From assembly GCF_035084215.1 (NCBI RefSeq), contig NC_090341.1, positions 24,986,001 through 25,050,000 on the forward strand: DNA of 64,000 bases, given 5' to 3'. The DNA is from Heptranchias perlo (Eukaryota). Positions 13,012 to 26,268 of the stretch are shown here, piece after piece. Numbering within the stretch: the stretch's first letter is position 1; every line of letters starts with the position of its first letter. The notes under the pieces are model-generated. The model saw nothing but the letters and a program-made list of their open reading frames with translations, had not been told where the DNA came from and searched no databases. Both the position numbers and the translations under genes were made by a program.

Positions 13012-14370
13012 GGGGGTAATTTTAGGAGGCAATTGCAGGTGCATTGGGGGCAGGGGGCGCTCCGAAAATCGCGGAAATCCCGTTCGGGTTCGGAAGCCGG
13101 CTCCAACCTGCCGACTTCCGAGTTTCCCAGAGACCCAGCTGTGTGCACGCGGGCGACCCGAAAACAGGAGTCCCGCCGGCATTACAGTTAAAGAGCCAAA
13201 TGTACCTCATTGAGGTACTTAAGACACTTTACTTGTGACAGAGTAAGTCATTAGAATTATTTTTAACTTACCTGGGCGGCTGGCCCACTGCCTCTGAATC
13301 ACACCTGGTGAAACAAGGAACTAAATAAATTAAATAAAAAACCATGGAAGGAAGTGAAAACACTAAATGAACTTACCTTTGCACCCTGCTCCGATGTCCG
13401 TGCCTCTCGCTCTGATGTCCCCCTCTTCACCCCCCCCCCAATGTCCCCCTCTTCACTCCCCCAATCTTCCCCCCGATGTCCCCCTCTTCGCTCCCCCGAT
13501 GTCCCCCTCTTCGCTCCCCCGATGTCCCCCTCTTCGCTCCCCCGATGTCCCCCTCTTCGCTCCCCCGATGTCCCCCTCTTCGCTCCCCCGATGTCCCCCT
13601 CTTCGCTCCCCCGATGTCCCCCTCTTCGCTCCCCCGATGTCCCCCTCTTCGCTCCCCCGATGTCCCCCTCTTCGCTCCCCCGATGTCCCCCTCTTCGCTC
13701 CCCCGATGTCCCCCTCTTCGCTCCCCCGATGTCCCCCTCTTCGCTCCCCCGATGTCCCCCTCTTCGCTCCCCCGATGTCCCCCTCTTCGCTCCCCCGATG
13801 TCCCCCTCTTCGCTCCCCCGATGTCCCCCTCTTCGCTCCCCCGATGTCCCCCTCTTCGCTCCCCCGATGTCCCCCTCTTCGCTCCCCCGATGTCCCCCTC
13901 TTCGCTCCCCCGATGTCCCCCTCTTCGCTCCCCCGATGTCCCCCTCTTCGCTCCCCCGATGTCCCCCTCTTCGCTCCCCCGATGTCCCCCTCTTCGCTCC
14001 CCCGATGTCCCCCTCTTCGCTCCCCCGATGTCCCCCTCTTCGCTCCCCCGATGTCCCCCTCTTCGCTCCCCCGATCTTCCACTCTCCCCCCCTCCCCCCC
14101 ACCCCCCACCCTGGTCTTCCATTCCAGCGGTGGATGACATCTGGCTCTCTCTCTTTCTCGCCAACCCCCTCGCGTTGCAGCTCCTGACGGCAGCCAACCT
14201 GTCAATCAGGCTGGCTGCCGGGCGCAAAACCCGGAGAGGACATTAATCATTATCAATCAGCATGCGATCGCGTCGGAAACGGTAAGTTTTGTTCATGGGG
14301 GTTTGCCATGTGCACCTTCACCTCCCCTCTCCCCCCGCTGCCAATCTGCCACCATTGTAAAATCGAGCCC
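13012..14370. mobile_element. Harbinger-derived non-autonomous element containing a minisatellite
   Basis: The left subterminal (ctccgaaaatcg..ccggctccaacc) and right end (aaaatcgagccc) are shared with the 44664-47763 Harbinger. Confidence 0.8.
13392..14075. repeat. 23-bp minisatellite (cccccgatgtccccctcttcgct), about 26 near-perfect copies plus degenerate flanks
   Basis: Read directly. The 23-aa periodic ORFs in all six frames confirm a 23-nt period. Confidence 0.97.
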
Positions 14371-14819
14371 TCTATTGCTTAGTGGGCCATTGACAACTAG
14401 ACCTGTTTGACAGACCCTTCGTGTCTTTTGAAGTGTAAATAAGGAATTATGTCAATCGTGACTCATCTACTTTGTCATCTAGATGACAAATGGCCTTTGG
14501 AATTGACTTTTATCTTTCAAACCCTAATTTGTTTTTAAAGTTGTTTCCAAAATGAATGGTGAAAGCCATGCAGATGAGGAAAGTGAATTAAAGTTTAAAC
14601 ATTAGTTTTATTTAAATAAATAATGTTTAAAAATAGATTAGGCAGAAAGAAAGTAAAATTAAAGTTTTTAAAACAGAATAGGAAAGTGAGAAAGTGGGAA
14701 AGGAGAGAGTGGAAGAAAAGGAGAGATACTAGGGCACATAGAATTAAATGGTTTAAACTTTTTTATGTTCATTTTCTCAAGGTTTAGTTTTATAGCTTAG
14801 AATTACTGTAAAAGTGCTT

Positions 14820-15125
14820 GCCTGATGGCTCCGTGAGTTTATCCAGTGAGTAGCAGAGCTGCACAGACCCGGAAATTCCCAGGTTCGATTCCAAAACTGT
14901 GCTGATTAAGCTGATCTCAGCTAGGGCAGTGGTGGAGCTTGTACAATTGGTCACAGCCAGGGTTCCCGCTCTTGATCACTATACAGTGACCCCTGCTCAA
15001 AGTGAGCATCTGTGAACACCAAGGCTATAAGGCAGGATATCTTGCTGACATTCACTGTTGCGGCTCAAACATGAATAATGCCTACTTGGATTACGTACCA
15101 GAGGCAGTCTGGTTCCCTAGCAAGA
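14820..15125 (+). mobile_element. tRNA-derived SINE
   Basis: A-box-like tggctccgtga and B-box ccaggttcgattcc, followed by a non-tRNA body. Confidence 0.6.
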
Positions 15126-16095
15126 GAGCAAGGAGAAAACTGACAAGAAAAGAAAATATGAAAAGTATGTCTATATTATTGTAATAAAGTTATTCCTGAC
15201 ATTTGAGTAGCTTTATTACTGAAATATTAGTGTTTGTTTCAACATGAAAATGTATGAGTCAAAAAATTACAGAAACATCTAGCCCAGAGAGACAATCATT
15301 TTCCTGAACCTGGCAGCAGTCTATGGGTTAAAGCTGGCATTATTTTACTTATGGTATACCTATACCTGTTAATAAAAACGGCAATACAACAATTGATATC
15401 TCATATCTCATTGGAATTGTACAGGGAATGATGTTATAATTAAATGCTTCCTTATAGGATAAAATATACAACATGGATGCTCATTCTTTATACCCACCTA
15501 TTTTGTTACATTTTTGAAAGATGGAGAGACTTGCAGCAACACCTCAACAGCTCTTCACAAACAGTGAATTAGTTTGAAGTGAAAAAGCAATAACTATAGT
15601 TGCTTTTGTATTGCGATAAATCCCGTACAAGTGGCATCAGCTCCCAATGCATGGGTCTTGTGCAATTGACTGCAAACTAGAACTAAACTTGCTGGGATTT
15701 GCTAAGACTGGCAGCTGGGAAGACCTATGCTTATTGTGTCTTCCTGACCCCAGGCCTTAACGAATCCCAGCAAGTTTTGAGATGGAGCTGGCAGCATCAG
15801 ACTCACGCACAAGGAGCTGGTACCAGGTCTCAAAACAACATAAAGGTAGCTTATGTGTATCACAAAATAGGAGCTCTTATGCTGCACACAACCAGCTCAT
15901 TGCTAGCATTAAAAAAAAGTGACAAGTTCAAATGGGATTTTGCCAACTCTGTAGTTATTACAATAGTTTAATGCATTACATAATTATATGATATATTAAA
16001 TTTGGTGCTTAGTTTGTGGGGCATTTTGTATTGGTTTTTAAATCAGTTTCTAGTCCTGTCTTTGTTAGTGCTTATAGTATTACCATCTGTTACAG

Positions 16096-16140
16096 TGTGC
16101 TTCGCTTGATGGGAAATGCACTATCAGCTGTGACGATGAT
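16096..16140 (+). CDS. CACNA2D3: CACNA2D3 exon (~29), 45 nt: CASLDGKCTISCDDD
   Basis: Flanked by ttacag and gtaagt. Matches CASLDGKCSISCDDE; phase 0-0. Confidence 0.96.
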
Positions 16141-16184
16141 GTAAGTATATTTGTTGGTTTTGCCAACCTATACTTAAAATATAT

Positions 16185-16832
16185 GGGTCTAGAAATTGGA
16201 TAACGCTGCACCCATTTTACAGGCGTGAGACGGGTACCAAATGGTCCAATATGGCGGGCGGCTGGCACATGCGCATACTGGAAGTTCCTCACCCTCCGTA
16301 TTGGTTAGGGCTCCTCCATAGGTGTCCAGAGCGCGCGACTGAAATTGACGTTAGAACCATTGCAGATGCAAATCTGGGGCCTAACACCTGTTTCAGGCCC
16401 CTTTGCAAAATTGAACTGCGAATGACTGCGTGCTGCATGCAATTTTTTCAGGCGCTCAGCAGCCAAACCAGCAGTCCTTAAAGGAACCACTGGAGGCTGC
16501 CACCCGAAATGTAAGTTTTAAGTTTTTTGCACATCTTATCGTGGAGCCGGGAGGAGCTCCTTCCAGCTCCACATTAAAACCGTGGGCCACTGCCAGCCAC
16601 CGCACGCCCCCCTCCCAATTGCCTCCTCCCGGACTCTCCTGATGCCCTCAGCCAGCTACCCCTTTGCAGCCAACAAGCTGCCTCATGGGCTACAAATGGC
16701 GCCCACAGCTCAGCGGTACTATTCTAATGAGGCCAGCGGACTAATTTGCTATGGTCCTGCCGCCGGTCTTATTATGCGTGTGCATCGTTCACTGCATCGG
16801 GATCTTTTTGGCTGCAATCCAATTTCTAGGCC
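16185..16832. mobile_element. Harbinger-like MITE (partial reversed copy at ~27210-27366)
   Basis: TIRs gggtctagaaattggat / atccaatttctaggcc. The motif ccaatatggcgggcggc is shared with 27245. Confidence 0.8.
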
Positions 16833-17034
16833 GTGAACTTTTACTACTTTTACTGAGTGACATTGTACATATGTGCTATCCTATAAAATATTATATTTTT
16901 AATATTAATAGATTACTTATCAGACTATACTTCAGTGGACCATTATCTAGAATTGCGACAATTTGATAATTAGGTACCTAACTGCTTCTTTACAACAATA
17001 TGTTATAACTGTTTAAAATATTTTATATTTCCAG

Positions 17035-17097
17035 ATAATAAATTGTTACCTCATAGATAACAATGGATTTATTTTGGTATCTGAAAGTTATGATGAG
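17035..17097 (+). CDS. CACNA2D3: CACNA2D3 exon (~30), 63 nt: IINCYLIDNNGFILVSESYDE
   Basis: Flanked by tttccag and gtaagt. Contains the alpha2delta CYLIDNNGF motif. Confidence 0.97.
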
Positions 17098-17211
17098 GTA
17101 AGTTTTCGCAACAGAACATCATCTACACCAAGTAAAACTTTGGGATTAAGCAATTTCATGATCATTTCTGCATTTATCTGTAACTGCATTTGTAATGAAC
17201 TTAAATTAACT

Positions 17212-17616
17212 GGGAGCAGGTTTCGGACGGGTGAGGGGTTGGGCGAGCGTCAAACTCACCCGACGTCATCAGTTTGAGGATGGGCTATTTTAAATCTAGG
17301 GCCTCATTCGCATCCTGCCGGCCAGCTGTTCACCCAAAATGGTTGGGAAGAGGCAGCTGGCTGGTTTTCAGTAGCTCAAAATCATGCGGCCCAGATGCAG
17401 GCGCCCCGATCAGTACCCTGTTAAAATGCCATCAGGGTCCTAATGAAATCATAGGATCCAAATTTGCTTTTATTACTGAGGCTCCAGTCTGAGTCAGGCA
17501 GGCGCCTTGGTTGCCTGAAAAAAGGCCCAGTTAAGATGGCAGCGGGTGCAAATCGAACTATTTTAACTGCACGCCCGTCCTATTCTCGCCAGGGAGGTTG
17601 GGATCAATTTCCCCCC
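17212..17616. mobile_element. GC-rich MITE-like element
   Basis: GC-rich island in an AT-rich intron, ending caatttcccccc like the other MITE termini. Confidence 0.55.
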
Positions 17617-18399
17617 TTTATGTTTATTGATACATGTCGGTCATTGCAGATGATGCTTACTGATCTGTTCATAAAATACAATAGCAAATAAATCACTTTT
17701 TAAAAATGTACCATATTATTTATCAAGTGCATTCATAATAAAGAGTACAATCTTGATTCTGATTTCAAAGATGTTATGGTAGTTCAAAACAAGTCACCTT
17801 GTATTCAAATTCAAGTTAGTTACAAAATCAAGGCAACAAAAGCCAAAATATTTATCTACATTTGACAACACTAGATCACTAAGCTCACATTTGCAAATCA
17901 GCAAATGTTGGCTATTTCCTTTTTGCAGTTAAAATTGTGGTTTTAATCTATTGTGATTTCTTATGCAATTATAAGCTAATGTTGAACTTTCTGTGCACAG
18001 ACATCCTTCTGTGTGAAGTAACAGAGTCTGACAGTTGTTCAGATGGTTCCAATACACAATTATTAAACAATGTACACAGTTCACATTCCTAATTAAAATA
18101 TTTCCAAATGTCTTGTCATTTCATATCTAAGTTGTTAAAATAACAACATAGGTTTAGGCAAAATTCATCCAGTGTTGCATTAACCCTATAATGCCATCCA
18201 CTAATTAGTGTTTTTACCTCAGTTTATGACGTGATAAATGTGCCTAAAAACGAAGTTGATTGAATGATTGAGTGATGAGGAGCTTGTGATATCTATCATA
18301 TGTAACTAACCATGGTATATTCTGTTTGCACTTTTAGCTTTTGGAGTGGATTTAAAGGAACATTTTGCAATAAAATAAAAGCAGTCGAAAATATTTGTT

Positions 18400-18697
18400 T
18401 CATCATGGCTGCACTTCCTGGCCACACAAACCCAGCTTGGGCCGCTGCCACTCCGGTTCCCCCCTTCGCCGATCGGGTCTCCCCCAGGAAGCTACCTTCT
18501 TCTGGTCCGGAGGCCGACCAGGCAGCCTGGTATTGCGGCAACCTGGAGCCAGCAGGCTGCCCTGGGGCACTCTGTAGCCTACCAGCCCAATACAAGCGAG
18601 GCCTGGTCCCCAAAATGGACTAGGCCCCCCCAGCGGGACTACTGGGAGGCTGGTGGTGCGTTCCGCCGGCCAGCTGCTCTGAGGGGTAATACACCCC
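18400..18697. mobile_element. GC-rich MITE-like fragment
   Basis: Abrupt GC-rich block ending taatacacccc. Confidence 0.4.
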
Positions 18698-18964
18698 ATT
18701 ATTTCGAATACACAATTGTTTCCTCACTGCTTCTCACTAATAAACCTGCTTTCCACAAATGTAGGGGCCACTCAATCTATCTTGTTCCCTATATAAGCCC
18801 ACCTTTGCTGCATTCTCCATCCCCATATGAATTCCCCCCACCCCTGCCAATTTTCCTCCCTTTATTTGCTATCCTGCCCTCAACTCTGAGCCACTGGACT
18901 TCACCACTGGCTTTCTTTACTGCCTTTTAAAAAAAATATATAGTGCACATATGCTTATTGCTTT

Positions 18965-19295
18965 AATAAAGAAAAGAAAGACTTGCATTTATATAATGCC
19001 TTTCAGGATGTCCCAAAGCACATCACAACCAATGAAGTACTTTTTGAATTGAAGTCACTGTTGTAAGTAGGAAACATGGCAGCCAACAACAGCAATGAGA
19101 TAATGACCAGATAATCTGTTTTAGTGGCGTTGGTTGAGGGATAAATATTGGCCAGGATACAGAGAGAACTTCCCTGCTTTTCTTTGCATAGTGCCATGGG
19201 ATCGTTTACGTCCACCTGAGACAGCAGATGGGGCCTCAGTTTAACGTCTCATCCAAAAGACGGCACCTCTGACAGTCCAGCACTCCCTCAGTGTT
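18965..19295 (-). mobile_element. Deu-domain SINE (SacSINE1-like)
   Basis: Reverse complement of the 4690-5130 core and tail. Confidence 0.85.
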
Positions 19296-19538
19296 CAGTT
19301 ATGTCTGGCACTTTAACAAAAAGAACATAAATAGAGGGAAATTGCACTATGCAATATTAGCATACAAATGTGTTAAGGGATTCATTTGCAATTTGTTGAA
19401 GATACTAAATCATTTATTTTATCTTAATCCAAAAGAGATTTAATCACAATTTATATTGTTAAAAAGTAAGTGCATAATTTAATAACATACGCATAGGTTG
19501 TTGTATTCAATGATAAATTACATTTTGGGGAAATCAAT

Positions 19539-20302
19539 GGCCTCGATATTAATCCCCCCATGATGGGCGGGAGAAGATTGGGAGGGAGGGGGATTAAACC
19601 GTCAAATGCGCGAAACGCGACCCTAACCCACTACGCATGCACCCATTGCTGTTTTCACGGCGGTGGGTGTCGTGGTGTCCGAGTGTCTCGCCGTGGAGAA
19701 GTGGGACACTTCATTAACATAGTTAAATCAGGCTTCCACAGTGCAATTAGGAGTCCGATTTGAAATTAACTGCTGCTGCGCAGGTTTCCCAGGGGGTCAG
19801 GAAAGCCGGCAATGAAAGGCAGACAGTAGCTGCCGGCTACACAAGGTGTGAGTGCCTTTTACAGCACTCCTTTTGGGCCAGGAGGAGCAGGAGTACTCCC
19901 TCCCCCCAACCACCCCCCCCGGCCCCTCAAGGAAGCCTTCGACCTACCCTCTCCCAATCGCCAACTTCACCCCCCAGTGTCCTCTCTTTTTCCTCCACCC
20001 CCCCATCCCACCACAATGTCCTTTCTTTTCCTCCCCTGCCTCAATGTCCGCTCTCTCCCCCTCCCCCCCCCCCCCCCCCCACCCGGCTGCAATGGCCAAC
20101 GTCCCTCCCTCACAATTGTTGGGGACCGTCCCAAAGGGTGTGCAGTTGCAGCTTTCTGCCACTGCTTTTCTCTCCCGGCCGCCGGCCAGGCTGGCTGCTG
20201 GGCAGGAAAAGGATCCAAAAATGATAATGAGGCCTTGCCGGATTCCTCAGCCATTTTCGGCCTCCTCTGCACCTGCCCTGCCTCTCCGTACATATTGGAG
20301 CC
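19539..20302 (-). mobile_element. Harbinger-like MITE (family of 40225 and 56056, reversed), AAT target duplication
   Basis: aat|GGCCTCGATATT ... CATATTGGAGCC|aat; internal gggccaggaggagcaggagt motif. Confidence 0.75.
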
Positions 20303-21923
20303 AATATGTTTTAAAGCAATGGAAAGAATCTCAAAAGAAAAGCAAATTGAGGATTGAAAGCTAAATATTAGAAAAAAGTTGATAATGAAAATAAAATACA
20401 AATAAGGGATAACATAACTTGTAATATTTGTTGAATACTTCAAAATTATGTTTAATATTTTTCTCTGTGAGCAACACTGTGGAAGATCAACTAGTATTTT
20501 AAATTATCTAAGTGATACCGCGTGTAGGTCCAGCATAAGAGCTGTAAAATAGAATATGTGTATAACATCAGTAAGTTAAAGAATGAATTTAATTACACAC
20601 AGGATTCGTTTTCCACATGGAAATGCAGACATTTGAAACAACTGAGATATTTTGTATTTTTTAATTCAACCCACCTGTTGATTTCTTATGGAAACATTCC
20701 TAAAAATTGAAAAATATTTTTTTAAATAAACAGTTACATTAAATACAGAAAGGTCAAAATATTTGACATAGTTGAATGGTTAAATGTTTCTTCAACGCCC
20801 TGCCACCCCCACCCCCACCCCCCCCCCCCAGCCCCAACCCCAAATGGAATTAGAAACAGAAAGAGGACTTTGACCATTAATGAATTGAAGGTCAAGTATC
20901 CGGTGGAATACAAAAGAGACAAAATTAGTATTTTTCCCTCTATGTTAGAAGGGGAAAGTTGGTCTTTATGCAAATATCCCTATTAAAGAGCAAATCCATG
21001 TGTTTCCTATTTCCAACAAGCATTGTGCCTTGATTTGGAGATTGTATAATCAGATTTCCTACTGAAATACTATCCTGTAAACAGGTTTCACATTTAATGA
21101 AGAAAGGAGCACTTAAAATAAAACTGAAGCAGTCTTTGTTTTTTTTTCATTATTCATCAGATTCCTCAGCTAATTTCCACTGTTGTGTGTATTTATTTTA
21201 TAATAATAATGCAGAAACATATTCAATATAAATTGTGTTGGTTATAAGCCTGTTATTGTATTTTGATCAAATGACAGTGTTTTAGAGACTATTCTGAAAG
21301 ACCCAGGTTCATATAGTTGACAGGATTGAACAGCTGAATTAGGTTTAATTGCTGGCACAATGTAGGGCAAGCCCAACATTACAGCTAAGCAATCTGATCT
21401 ATGTCTCAACTCACAAAAAGATTTAGGGTGCTAAATTGGGCCATGTAGCGCCCATTATTTCGGTGCTACACGGTCTCTCCAACATCCAAGATGGCATCTT
21501 GGCTGCGCACGCACGTTTCCAGCATGATGTGCGCCGGACGCCATCTTGGTATAGGAGTTAGCGCATGTGCAAATACCGAATGCCAGAAGCACACTAAGTA
21601 GGGAGAAAATGCGTGCAATCAGTGTGCAATGCTGATCTAAAGTGATAGACGCCATTTTGGCACTTAATGCTCAACTCATGCACAGTCTTAACCCTGACCA
21701 TCTGAACGTGTCTAAGAGTGCATTGGAGGACCCCCCCCCCCCCACCCCCGAGAGCTATTTAAAGAAATCATGCAGGTGTTGCAGGATTATTGCTTCTGGC
21801 TGCTGGTGAAATAAGAAGTGTTTTTTCAAGCTCCCTATGCTTAGCGTTGCTACAGTACATTTGAGAGTGGTTTGGTAGGTACTGCCTTATGGTTCGGAAA
21901 GTTATAACTGTGGTTGAACGACA

Positions 21924-23089
21924 TTGCTGGCAACCATGGGTAGGCTGCTAGGGTTCCCGCTGGAAATTGAGCACGACTGGGAGCGTGCAGAGAGGCCACG
22001 CACAGCAGGTCAAGCTGCGAGGAGAGGGAGAAGGTGCAGGGCACTGAGCAGGAGGCCCTATCCAATGAGAGCCTTCCGGGACCAATTCTCTTACCTTAAC
22101 GTGATCGAGGGGGATTGCATCCGACGCCTGAGGTTCACCAAGGAGGTCGTGACCGAGATCTGTCAACTGGTGCGGCCACAACTGCAGCCTCAGAGCAGGA
22201 CAAGGACAGCATTGCCTGTGACTGTGAAGGTCACTGTGGCACTGAATTTCTTTGGCTCAGGATCATTTCAGGCCTCTGCTGGCGACATGTGCAACATCTC
22301 GCAGTATGCAGTGCACTGCTACATGAGGGAGGTCACAGACCCACTGTACCAGATGAGGAACAGGTTCATCACCTTCCCTCTTGACAGAGACAAGCAGAAT
22401 GAGCGAGCACGGGGGTTCGCCCGCATTGCTGGCCTCCCCAAGGTGCAGGGTGCCATTGACTGCACGCATATTGCCCTGCGTGCCCCGCATATCAACTCAG
22501 CCGTCTTTGTCAACCGAAAGGGCTTCCACTCCCTCAACATGCAGTTGGTGTGCAACCGCACGCATCGAATCATGGAGGTCGATGCCCACTACCCTGGGAG
22601 GAGTCACGACCCCTTCGTCATGCGGCAGTCCAACGTGCCAGCTATCTTTCACCCGCCTCGGCAAGTCAAAGGCTGGCTACTGGGCGACAAGGGCTATCCC
22701 CTCGTGCCGTGGCTCATGACTCATGGTCAGGAAACCACGCACACGCTCACAGTAGGCCTATACTGGGAGCCATGCTGCCACACGCAACAATTTGGAGCAT
22801 ACCATAGGCCTCCTCAAACAACGCTTCCGCTGCCTGCTACTGGTCTGGAGGAGTCCTGCAATACTTCGCTGAGCGGGTAGCCAGATTCGTGGTGGTATGC
22901 CGAATGCTGCCACCAATGATCAGAGAAGACCCTGAGCCAGAGGTGGAGGAGGAGGAGACTGAGAAGGAAGAGGCTGAGGAGGAGGAGCCGGAAGAGGAAT
23001 TGAAGGAAGATGCAAGGGTGCAACAGGGACCTCATGCCTTGTCTGCAAGGGCTTTGCATGCTCGCCTGATTCGTGCCTGCTATCAATAA
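21924..23089 (+). pseudogene. Harbinger (HARBI1-like) DDE transposase, frameshifted near the C-terminus
   Basis: GAIDCTHI, NRKGFHSLN.QLVC, YPG.SHD and GWLLGDKGYPL..WLMT are in frame. The third acidic motif LEHTIGLLKQRFRCL is out of frame. Confidence 0.92.
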
Positions 23090-23335
23090 TGTCAACTACA
23101 TCCCCCAACTCACCAACAATCCTACATTCCCCACCTTTCCGCTCCCACAAGACAATCAAATCGCCCTCCATCTGATTGCACATTGTTTCCCCCTCAGATC
23201 ATCGCACAAATAAAAACCACCACCAAATGCAAATTCACAGTCACATTTAGCAATGAATAAATAAAATTATGGAAACAGAACAGAACTATTCATCCTTGTG
23301 CATTGCCTTAGTGCCTGTTGTCCATGTGCCTTTAC

Positions 23336-24278
23336 CTATTCTAGTGCTCCTACGAGGTTCTTCCCCAGTGGCTGGAGCGTGGGTGATGCTAGGCTGCTGA
23401 CCTTCAATTGAGGAGCGTGCAGAGATGGCCTCGGAGGACCATCTCGAGCAGCTCTAGGCCGGGAGGGCCTGGCTTCAGACTGCACCATCTCAGCATGGGC
23501 TGCAGCAGTCTGGCCTGGCTGGCTGATAGGCAACAACAGGGGCAGTGGCAGAGTGGCAGGGGTGGGAACAGGAATGCTGTCATCCTGAGAAAGGACAGCA
23601 GGTCCGACTGCCATGGCGCCACTGCCACTCTCCCGGGGCGGCACCTCAGTAATCCTGGTGATCAGCTGGAGAATGGATTGCAAGGAGTGCTGCTACACCC
23701 TGGAAGCCCTGTTCCACCATGTTCCCCAGAGCCACGATAGCAGCAGTCTGAGCTTCCATTATAGCAGTCTGAGCATGCATTGCAGCTGTCTGAGCAGTAA
23801 CCGTTTTTTGCAGACCTTTGACCTCGGTTTGTGCTGCAATGGAAGCCGCGACATCGGCCATCAGTTGCTGCATTATGGTGGGTTCCACAGGTGTGCTGAT
23901 GGAGGCGACCACCCGTTCCATGTTGGAAAGGATGGGCTCCGAGCTCTGCGCAAAACCCTGTGCCAAGTTGGAGCTGGACTCCTCCATGCCCCTTCTCATT
24001 GTGTGCAGGCTTTCCAGTACCCCAGGCATCTTCTGCAGCCTGGCCCATCGTAGTCCTCATCTGACTCCTCTGCAACAGAACTAGTGAGTGACCTCGCCCT
24101 CCGGCAAGCTGGCACCTGTGATATCCGTTCGCCCCGCCCCGGCTCCTGTGCACTTGTGCTCGGTGTCTCACCACATGCAGAACCCTCCTCTAAACTACCC
24201 TCTAAAAGACGCACCGTGTCAGCCTCTGAGCTGGTGGAAGCAAGTGTCAGATCAAATGATGGTGTGACTTCAGTGTCC
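23336..24278 (-). pseudogene. C-terminal part of Harbinger ORF2 (Myb/SANT partner); Myb domain missing
   Basis: Acidic/Ser-rich plus coiled-coil segment (MEESSSNLAQGF, AQTAA repeats), similar to ORF2 of the 44664 element (MEESNSC). Convergent with the transposase. Confidence 0.65.
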
Positions 24279-25777
24279 TTTTTTTTTATTCGTTCACGGG
24301 ATGTGGGCGTCGCTGGCAAGGCCGGCATTTATTGCCCATCCCTAATTGCCCTTGAGAAGGTGGTGGTGAGCCGCCTTCTTGAACCGCTGCAGTCCATGTG
24401 GTGACGGTTCTCCCACAGTGCTGTTAGGAAGGGAGTTCCAGGATTTTGACCCAGCGACAATGAAGGAACGGCGATATATTTCCAAGTCGGGATGGTGTGT
24501 GACTTGGAGGGGAATGTGCAGGTGGTGTTGTTCCCATGCGCCTGCTGCCCTTGTCCTTCTAGGTGGTAGAGGTCGTGGGTTTGGGAGGTGCTGTCGAAGA
24601 AGCCTTGGCGAGTTGCTGCAGTGCATCCTGTGGATGGTGCACACTGCAGCCACAGTGCGCCGGTGGTGAAGGGAGTGAATGTTTAGGGTGGTGGATGGGG
24701 TGCCAATCAAGCGGGCTGCTTTATCTTGGATGGTGTCGAGCTTCTTGAGTGTTGTTGGAGCTGCACTCATCCAGGCAAGTGGAGAGTATTCCATCACACT
24801 CCTGACTTGTGCCTTGTAGATGGTGGAAAGGCTTTGGGGAGTCAGGAGGTGAGTCACTCGCCGCAGAATACCCAGCCTCTGACCTGCTCTCGTAGCCACA
24901 GTATTTATCTGGCTGGTTCAGTTAAGTTCCTGGTCAATGGTGACCCCCAGGATGTTGATGGTGGGGGATTCGGCGATGGTAATGCCGTTGAATGTCAAGG
25001 GGAGGTGGTTAGACTCTCTCTTGTTGGAGATGGTCATTGCCTGGCACTTATCTGGCGCGAATGTTACTTGCCACTTATCAGCCCAAGCCTGGATGTTGTC
25101 CAGGTCTTGCTGCATGCGGGCTCGGACTGCTTCATTATCTGAGGGGTTGCGAATGGAACTGAACACTGTGCAGTCATCAGCGAACATCCCCATTTCTGAC
25201 CTTATGATGGAGGGAAGGTCATTGATGAAGCAGCTGAAGATGGTTGGGCCTAGGACACTGCCCTGAGGAACTCCTGCAGCAATGCCCTGGGGCTGAGATG
25301 CTTGGCCTCCAACAACCACTACCATCTTCCTTTGTGCCAGGTATGACTCCAGCCACTGGAGAGTTTTCCCCCTGATTCCCATTGACTTCAATTTTACTAG
25401 GGCTCCTTGGTGCCACACTCGGTCAAATGCTGCCTTGATGTCAAGGGCAGTCACTCTCACCTCACCTCTGGAATTCAGCTCTTTTGTCCATGTTTGAACC
25501 AAGGCTGTAATGAGGTCTGGAGCCGAGTGGTCCTGGCGGAACCCAAACTGAGCATCGGTGAGCAGGTTATTGGTGAGTAAGTGCCGCTTGATAGCACTGT
25601 CGACGACACCTTCCATCACTTTGCTGATGATTGAGAGTAGACTGATGGGGCGGTAATTGGCCGGATTGGATTTGTCTTGCTTTTTGTGGACAGGACATAC
25701 CTGGGCAATTTTCCACATTGTCGGGTGGATGCCAGTGTTGTAGCTGTACTGGAACAGCTTGGCTAGAGACGCAGCCA
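24279..25777 (-). mobile_element. Young 5'-truncated CR1-group LINE (second family) inserted in the Harbinger
   Basis: RT motifs NYRPISLL, QFGFR, DIKAAFD, GVPQGSVLGP and FADD. One in-frame stop at 24918. Tail is cccacatcccgtgaacgaataaaaaaaaa. Confidence 0.93.
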
Positions 25778-26268
25778 GCGCTACCCACGCTGCTGAGAGG
25801 CTGCACGGAGCTATCATGATAATTAGCAGGCAGCATGATGTTCACATGCTGCCTGCGTAGGAGCCATCGGGTGCAGGGTAATAGCGCATTCCGCTACCCG
25901 CGCCCAAAATCAGCCCTTACCAATTTTTTTTCCCCCCTTAGTTTCCACTTGATCATATGTATAATTCCACCCTAAGAGAATGGAACTTGTTAAGAGAAAT
26001 GCCTAAACTCTCTGAATTCATTTTTGCCATAATCTTTTACGTTCAGCAAAAGTATGGTAAATATCATTTAAGTATCCAAAAGTGCGTTAGCTCATAAAAA
26101 GGTACCTTATCTCCTTTGCAGGTCAATAATTTTCGTATTTGGGGAGGGAGACATTGAAACAAGGGATGCAATGATGTATAGCATTGTGTCATGCGCTTGT
26201 AAACAAATGAAAAAGCTGTGCCAAGTACTTTTTTTTTTATCAAGACACTACTGCCTTAAGATATAAGA

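Larger units (their letters stand above)
21426..25937 (+). mobile_element. PIF/Harbinger DNA transposon, inactivated, with TTA target-site duplication
   Basis: tta|GGGTGCTAAATTGG ... CCAATTTTTTTTCCCCCC|tta; convergent transposase and ORF2 remnants. Confidence 0.88.

Noticed and set aside
13299-14246. Six 250-277 aa repetitive ORFs, and a possible CRISPR-like array
   Set aside because: These are translations of a 23-bp minisatellite. There are no unique spacers and no cas genes, and the context is vertebrate.
14820-14900. tRNA genes (also 4690 and 33710)
   Set aside because: A/B-box heads continue into SINE bodies and no cloverleaf is evident.
21924-22880. Host HARBI1 gene
   Set aside because: Frameshifted, and flanked by TIR/TSD and ORF2, so it is a transposon copy rather than the domesticated gene.
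24342-25817. RT as a retron, DGR or group II intron system
   Set aside because: Motifs, 5' truncation and A-rich tail are those of a non-LTR LINE.
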